DNA from: Octopus vulgaris
Lineage: Eukaryota
Assembly: GCA_951406725.2 (NCBI GenBank)
Contig: OX597828.1
Coordinates: 31,062,001 to 31,126,000 of the forward strand
Direction of reading: 5' to 3'
DNA: 64,000 bases
The notes beneath the pieces are model-generated. The model was not told the DNA's origin. It ran no database searches and saw nothing but the letters and a program-made list of their open reading frames with translations. Both the position numbers and the translations under genes were made by a program. Positions 56,032 through 64,000 of the stretch are shown piece after piece. Each line of letters starts with the position of its first letter. Positions within the stretch are counted from its first letter, which is position 1.

Positions 56032-56917
56032 ACGGCAGGGATTCAACTCACAATATACAGCCAAAAGATATGCTACTAAGAAAGCTGTCCAACTTACTAA
56101 CGGTTCTGCCATATCTATTAATAATATCCCTATTCGTAAGTAACCGTCAAGATACAAAATCAAGCGATAGGGCTTTGCAGATGATCGATGTGACATGCAA
56201 GAAAAATTATAATAAAATTGGAGTAAAGATTTATTAGATCTAATCAACTGAAGCATCTCAGTGACACTTCATATTACCAACACTACATATTCGAAAGTCG
56301 ATGTTGGCTTCAATAATTATTCAGTTATTCAAGTAAAAGAATTCCCGAAAACATTGCAAAGGGATTCTTTCCGACGTTCAACATATTTTGCATACCCACA
56401 ACACTAATTATATGTTCAATAATTATTGCTTCGAATTTTGGTAACGGACAAACAGCTTTTGAAAGGAGTGGGAAGTTGATTACATTGACCCAAATACTAT
56501 ATTAGTGCTTCTTTCATCGACCCAGCAATGATGAAAGACAAATTTACATTAGCGGATTTTGAACTCAGAATTTTATGCATGTTGTTCGGCGTGCTAACGG
56601 TTGTCAGCTCATCGTCGCATGTATATTTATTGAAGATATCGTTTCTAGGTTAGGTACAAGATCTGAAATTTAAAAGAAAAGGGTTGGTCCATAACACCGA
56701 GCCCTCTGTTTAACTAGTATTTATCTTATCAAATCCGAATGAATGAAAGGCAAACGACGGTCACGGCAGGGATTCAACTCACAATCTACAGCCAAAAGAA
56801 ATGATACTAAAAAAGCTGTCCAACTTACTAACGGTTCTGCCATATCTATTAATAATATCCCTATTCGTAAGTAACTGTCAAGATACAAAATCAAGCGATA
56901 GGGCTTTGCAGATGATC
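56032..56917 (+). repeat. 155-bp direct repeat (56032-56186 and 56763-56917)
   Basis: acggcagggattcaactcacaat..gggctttgcagatgatc occurs twice with few mismatches. Confidence 0.92.
56430..56840 (-). mobile_element. Two old SINE family C remnants
   Basis: atcgaccc..atgaaagacaaa..gattttgaactcagaa and atgaaaggcaaa..gggattcaactc match the reverse complement of the family C core. Confidence 0.55.
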
Positions 56918-57504
56918 AAATTCTGTTACGCGACTATACATGATTGCATAGGTGTGTATGTGGGACGTTCACAAAGTCAACATTTGCTCGTTATACAAAC
57001 ACTGATTAGATAACTTTTCCTGCTTTCTAGAATTGCTTAGCTCACACTATGTGTTGCCTGTGACTGGAAAGATGTCTGTTAATAAATTTCATATTTTATC
57101 AACTGTTGCTTAAAAGTGTTGAAAAGTATAGAAAAAGATAAACACCATCTCCTAAACAGATCGGAGTGCGCGCGCGCCAGTTATTATTTGTACGCGTTAA
57201 TCCTTACGACATATTTTATCTAGCACAGCATTCCATCAAGTAGACGAACAAACCATGAGCATATTGAATTAGGATATATCACAAAATAAATAATATTCCT
57301 TTAACTGCTAACCAAAGTGTATTGACGTCAATGTGCGATTTTCTTCTAAACATTCTTACATTATATGACATGTAATAAATCTTGTTTTCTCTTCTACATT
57401 TATATTTTAAACTTAATAGTTCGGCAAATGCATAGGATTCTTATGTAATTAAATAATATTATCGCTATTCACTATTAAATTTCATAATAATTATGCGTGT
57501 CATT

Positions 57505-57800
57505 GCGTTACTTAGCCCATTGGTAACGCTTTCACATGATTAGAGAAAAAGAGGGAGAAAGAAAAGGGGGAGAGAGAAAAAGACGGAAAGAGAAGCGTCC
57601 ACAAGTGAGGTAGAAGGAATATAATTGTAACGCTTGTACGTGATTAGATGAAAGGAAAGAGAGGAGAAAGGAAAGGGAGAGGATAGGGTGAAGAATGAGA
57701 CAGATCTAGGGAGAAAGAAAAATATAGAGAGAAAAAGGTGGAAGAGAAAGAGAGGGAGAGAGAAGCCTCCTTGACGTGAGGTAGAGAGAACGTAATAATT
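57505..57800 (+). repeat. Purine-rich dimeric interspersed repeat (second copy)
   Basis: Homologous to 15660-15880. Confidence 0.7.
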
Positions 57801-57991
57801 TTAGCACAGGGGTGATATGCTGATGGTGAGGTTAGAGAAAGGCAGAGACAGAGGGGATAGAGTGAGGAGAGAGATGAGGATAGCGGTAGCGGTAGAGATG
57901 GAAATGTTGGTGCTGGAGGAGGTGCTGGTGGAGATGATGTTCGTGAAGGTGACGAGGGTGATTGGATAGTGAGAAGTGTCATTTTAAAAGA

Positions 57992-58387
57992 AGGAGTGGC
58001 TCTGTGGTAAGTAGATTGCTTACGAACCACATGGTTCCGGGTTCAGTCCCACTGCATGACACCTTGGGCAAGTGTCTTCTGCTATAGCCTCAGGCCGACA
58101 AAAGCCTTTTTAAGAGGATTTGGTAGACGGAAACTGAAAGAAGCCCGTCGTATATATGTATATATATATGTATGTGTGGGTGTATGTCTGTGTGTTTGTG
58201 TTTGTCCCCCCCAACATCGTTGACAACCGATGCTGGTGTGCTTACGTCCCCGTAACTTAGCGGTTCGGCGAAAGGGACCGATAGAATAAGTACTAGGATT
58301 ACAAAGAATAAGTCCTGGGTCCAGCACGGCCACAGTCAAATGACTGAAAGAAGTAAAATAGTAAAAGAGTAAGAGTAAAGAGTAAGA
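57992..58387 (+). mobile_element. SINE family A, near full length
   Basis: Head, core and tail all match family A. Confidence 0.92.
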
Positions 58388-59513
58388 TTATTTTTATATC
58401 ACCTATGATTTAACGTATGTACATAAAGCGCAATTCCGCAAAATATTCACGCTTACTTACGTGGCAAATTATATGCTATTTATCTAAATGTAGTATCGTA
58501 TGTACGGCATATAAATATATATATTTTTAAGGGTAAAAGGGAAAAATAAAAGGGAATATTATTTTATGAGCGCTTTGCATAAAGTATATAATGTGTGTAT
58601 ATAAAATGCATTAAATAATTATCGTATTACAATTTCTTTCACTTTTCAATGAGACGCAGATGAGTATATAACTCCAACCCAACAGAAATTTACACGTGGT
58701 TGGATAGAGTCTATACACTCTACTTGTGTGGACTAATTTAGTGCGAACGTGTTTCAATTCCATCATAGCGCTCATCGTATTCAAATATTTTAGCACAATT
58801 TATTTTCTGATCAAATGCAATATTCACACGACATTTTTTAAGAGGCCTCATCTAATTATATAGTAAAAAGGTTATTATGGGATCCAATATATTCTACCTT
58901 ATCTATTACAGTTTCATCAAAGGTCTCTAATGGCCGTGAATTGTTCAGAAAATGGTTGATGACATGAACTTTCAGCAGGCTTTGGCCTTTCCAAGGATAA
59001 TTTAAGCAAATATTTTTTACCTTTTGCCAGATCAAGATTTTGTTTGAAATATGAAAATATATCAAACATTTTACACTATTTCAAAAACGCTCTATAATCC
59101 ACGCAAACGTCGCAATTAGGTGAATTATTTAGGAATTAGATATCAATTATTTGTGCTTTGACCTGGATAAATGACACCGTGTCATATGCTAAGAAATCTA
59201 ACAGTGCGGAATTTCAGAAAATTTGTAGATATGATGTGATTAACATAAGGCAGCATTTCATCATTTTTCGAATAAATGTTTGTAAATAAGCACATTTTGC
59301 ATGTTTTAATCGAATTTTCGCATAGCGCACGGAGATTTTAATAAAATAAAATTGGTATTCACTCCGAGGTAAGAAACAAGCAATTATTATATCAGTAAAT
59401 TCGGTTATAGTACAGCAGCAACTAAAGCCTATCCTTACAAAATCACGTGTGAAATATAAGTCTAAATCATTTCTCTCTCACACACACACGCGCGCACAAC
59501 ATACACACAGACA

Positions 59514-59589
<76 letters not shown>

Positions 59590-59590
<1 letters not shown>

Positions 59591-59772
59591 GCCATGTTGA
59601 ACAGCACAATATTTTTTTCATTCTCTCTCTGTCTATTTTCTCTTATTCCTTTATAATGAAGAGCGTAGGCTCGAAAACTAAAAGTCTTTTTTCATTTTTC
59701 CCAAGCATCAAACTAAATCACTTGATTGTTGTTCATACACCTGTCTTCGTCATTTTTTTCTATAAATTTCAA

Positions 59773-59775
<3 letters not shown>
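59590..59775 (+). mobile_element. Short microsatellite-embedded repeat, family H, with degenerate HHR (59649-59684)
   Basis: cttt-ATAATGA-a-gagc-gtag-gctc-GAAA-ac-TA-aaag. Stems I and II are intact; the core is mutated. Confidence 0.65.
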
Positions 59776-59860
<85 letters not shown>

Positions 59861-60457
59861 TATTCCAACAAGTTAAATGGGTGATTTAATATGATATTGA
59901 AGCGGCTGTGAGAATAATAATTGAGAAAATTTAAAACAGACGGGAACAACAGATCATGAAATAATTCTAATAGTGGAGATACAAATAAATGAATCTCCGT
60001 TATGTCAACCAGAATAGCAAGGACAATGGGAGAAAAGAGATGTTTCGTCTGCGAACATTGAATAAAATTTAGATTATAATGAATGTATTGCACACACAGG
60101 CCCGCGTGCGCCAGTGAACATAATTATACATAGAATGCTTGTAGCTCCGATATGCAAGTGACACTTATGTTGTTTAAAATTTGGTGCTAAACATTCAGTC
60201 TGGGATATTAACTATTTAGATATACAAAGATTGACACTTATATTATGAAAGTGTGTTTTCAAGTTTATACATGGTATGGAAACAAACTATTTCATACTTA
60301 TTTTAATGCGCAGCTAAAGAGAGGTTCCCATATAATATTTTGCAGTTCCCTCTTCATAATTGCATTTAGGGTTAGAGGCAGGTTAAATTGTAAATTAAAG
60401 TACTGCCAGAAAGGATGCAATTACTTCTTGAGGTATATATATATATACATACATACA

Positions 60458-60489
<32 letters not shown>

Positions 60490-60492
60490 CAT

Positions 60493-60561
<69 letters not shown>

Positions 60562-60619
60562 CATGTATATCTATCTATTTATCTCTCTCTCTCTCTGTAT
60601 TATAGATATATGTACATAG

Positions 60620-60664
<45 letters not shown>

Positions 60665-62659
60665 AATATCGTATTTCGATACTTATATATATGTGTGTCT
60701 GGGTACCAGTGTGTGTATGTGAACTTATGAAGAATTATAGTCACTCAGAATTAATATCAAATATTATGTAACATTCATTGAACTAATTAAATCTAAATAC
60801 ATTTCAGGAAAGATTCATGTAAACAGAGTTATTACAATGCAAGATTTAATTACTTTATATTATTATGAATTGAGACAATCTATTGCAGAATTCTTATAAT
60901 TTCAATTATGATCCTATCTCCACGGATTTATTTGGAAACAAAGATAAATTAATTATTTAATACACTGTTTTCCTCTCAGATCAGTTAAAATTCAATGCTG
61001 AATTGTAAAGAAATATTTCTTACTATCAATAATGCCTGTTTCTAAATGAGACTGTATTGATGTCTCCCGAGATTTACTGTTTATTTATCATCCTATTGGA
61101 CAACAACTAGCGATGTTTGGATATTAATACGTAAGAAAAGAACGATTTCTTTAATATTGTCGTATCTCCTTTTCAATAGTTTCTATAAAACGTACAAAAC
61201 TTCGGAGACATATACACACCCAAACATACAATTACGCACATACACATACAAATAAGCACATACATACACTCATTCTCTCAGTCTCTCTTACACACACACA
61301 TTCACAGACACACATATATACACACGCACACACACATACACTCTTATATATACACGAAGCCTCTCATAAAAAAATGACTACATGCTTACATGTGTGTGTT
61401 GCATTGTGCCGTGTTTGTTGTGTGTGTGTCTGGTTCTACGTGTGTGTGTACGTCGTGAGTCGTTTGTTTTGTAACAACGACAATGCATTTTTCAGAAATG
61501 CCTCAAGTTGAAAGACATAAATATAGACTAATTAGGAATAAATTCATAATGTTCAGTAATACAAACACTTTTACAAACAAATACACATACAAATACTTAG
61601 CATTAAGGTTTTTGTCGTCTTTTTGAAATATCCATTAACTTTACTCGGTGATATACTGTTTTTGTACTTTCATTTCGATTTCATAGAAAAGCCTAAGAGA
61701 AATTAATAATTTTGAATATTCATTGCTGTTTACATTAAACAATTCTATAACTCGTAATTCAGACAGTAATTTCAAACGTTCTCAAATATTTAGATATGAA
61801 TAGATATGAAATTCCATAATTATTTTCTTTTGAAAATAATTCGAATCATATGAAAAGATTTACAGTCGATTAGAAATTACGAATAATATATCGATCTCTT
61901 AATTACTTCAGTTTATAATATACTATGTAGCTATGCTGCAAATGTGGACTAATGTATCTCAAAAGTATGTATGATTCAGTATGTCTAGACATATACGATT
62001 CTTGTCATACTTGAGCGAAAATAGTAACATGTTCAGCTATTTTCATCGGTTCTACTCTTCGGGCACAAAATTAAGCTTTTCTTTGAAAAATGCTATGACA
62101 GACTAGATGTACCTCAAAATTATTTCCCATATAATTCGTAAACCCTAAACACAAATATTATATTAAATATAGTAAATCTTAAAGTGCATTTTGAATATAA
62201 AGCCCTAACAATTTTGTCAGCCGTTGGCAACTTTTTTTTTATTGTTGTCCATTTGATGGCTGATGATCAGAAGCGTTGCAGCCAGCCTAACCATCTTGCC
62301 CACGTTTCCCAGTGGGTCTATTCTTTTACAGGACTAGTGTACTCTTAAGGAATATTTGGAAGTTATTGTTAGTAGGATATTATTTCAAGCAGGTCGTTAT
62401 TACAAATAGGTTGAATGGCCATATAATGGATGTTTCATATATCTAGATGTAGTGGAATTAAGAATTTGGCAGAAATATATCGACACCTAACATCAGTGAA
62501 AGGTGCAACATTTTGATTGATGGGAAAAGGGTAATTGGATTCTATATTAAATGTCTTCTTACAAGTTTTATGGGCGTTTATCTCTATAGTTCACTTGTAT
62601 TTAATTTATCTGTTTGATTAGAGTATCAGTGTGCAAAGACCTTTTCCAGATACTAATAT

Positions 62660-62800
62660 TTCCTACACAAATCTGCCCAAGTTAACTTTGTCTTTCATCC
62701 ATTCAGGGTCGTTAAAACAAGTAACTGTTGAGCAATGAGGTCGATGAAATCGTGTTAATTACTCCCGCGGACCTACCGCTCGTTTGTCAAAATTTTAAAC
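62660..62800 (+). mobile_element. Old SINE family C remnant
   Basis: aactttgtctttcatccattcagggtcgttaaaacaagtaac resembles the family C core. Confidence 0.55.
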
Positions 62801-63974
62801 CAATATTTTCTACACAAATAATATCGCGACCATACGATTTAATTGACAATGTTTCGTATGAAGGGTTTAATGTAAAATAAGAAGCATATTTGCAAAGCTG
62901 TGCATATGATACCGTTGCATTGCCATCTCGCTGCATTATTTACCTTTCATGTCGAAATTCTTCTAAATTTCATGGGTGGGCACGAGTATGTTTGAAGTAG
63001 TTTATATATTTCTCTGTTATCGTGATAAAAATGACCAAGCTCGAACTTTCCTTAAACTAATCCTACAACCTGCACCGTTTGTGCTGAAAACATTTTCGTG
63101 CAGTACTGTGAAAAGAACCCACGAGAAAAATGATATCGCATCGGTGCCTCTTCTGATGAATGTGCAAGCAGAGTATCGCATGGTAATCTAATAAATTTGT
63201 CAGACATTTTTGGTTATTTTACCGAATAGCATCACTGCACTATTTGCCAGTTGGCTCCCAATATCACATCTTTAGATGCAGTATGATTTTGCAGTATAAC
63301 AAAAGTGATACTTGTCACTATCTGCACACATACTTCAAATGACAGAACCTTGTGTATGACCAGTACCTGAAGCGGGAATGTGGTTAAGGCATTTAATGCT
63401 GGGCTTTATTTTGGAAGAGTTGGTAACAAAGATACAATCAATTGTGTAAAGCTCAATCAGTTTTGGCCGTAAACATTTATTGTACAGGTTAAATGCGGCA
63501 CTTTACATATCAGGAAAAAACTTTTGTGTTTTTCATGCATAGTTTCTGATTCTAAAAATTACAAAAAGACCAAACAAAATTTCGTAGACGAAGATCAAGA
63601 TTTTCCGGAGATAAATGGATACCATCAAACATCGCATGCATCTAAGAATCAGACATAACATCCAAATACAAACTCAAGGATTAGCGCGGTTTGTCTTTTA
63701 GTAATGTTGTACTAACAGAGGTATTCTTAAAATTTTAATGAATCAGTCTGGATAATTTCTAGTGAGCCCTCTAAATAAACCAACATGTTATGAATAACTG
63801 CGTTATATAATGTTAAATAAATGGGCTACACTATTTGAGTGTTATTGTAGTCAGTGATAGAAATGAATGTGGTGCAGGAACACGAACGTTAATAAATATT
63901 ATATGAAATGTGTGTCGTGTTATGAGAAATAATAAATCATAAATATTGATGAATATCATTAATATGCATATGAG

Positions 63975-64000
63975 TATATATTGTTTTTTTTTGTATTTAG
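63975..64000 (+). other. Candidate 3' splice acceptor at the window edge
   Basis: ttgttttttttttgtatttAG: a polypyrimidine tract plus TAG ending exactly at base 64000. Confidence 0.4.

Noticed and set aside
57644-58030. Pro/Ser-rich 128-aa ORF
   Set aside because: It is the antisense of purine-rich low-complexity sequence plus a SINE head.

Overview
AT-rich, microsatellite-dense eukaryotic non-coding DNA. The SINE families and repeat landscape look like an octopus (cephalopod) genome, which is an inference from recalled repeats. No intact host protein-coding gene is supportable: nearly all listed ORFs are (TA)n/(CA)n/(TACA)n/(TCTA)n translations. The window ends on a strong 3' splice-acceptor-like sequence, so it may be one long + strand intron. 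It contains about 13 copies of a tRNA-derived SINE plus two or three other SINE families, two decayed Penelope-like elements (RT + GIY-YIG), mariner and maT/Tc1 fossils, LINE ORF1 and 3'-end fragments, and a 155-bp direct duplication. The most notable signal is a dense set of type I hammerhead ribozyme (HHR) motifs from several unrelated sequence families. Six have intact cores and several more are degenerate. They occur in Penelope pseudo-LTRs and in short non-coding elements embedded in (TA)n tracts. Four of these elements are long fold-back palindromes with the HHR or HHR-like motif reading outward from the centre.
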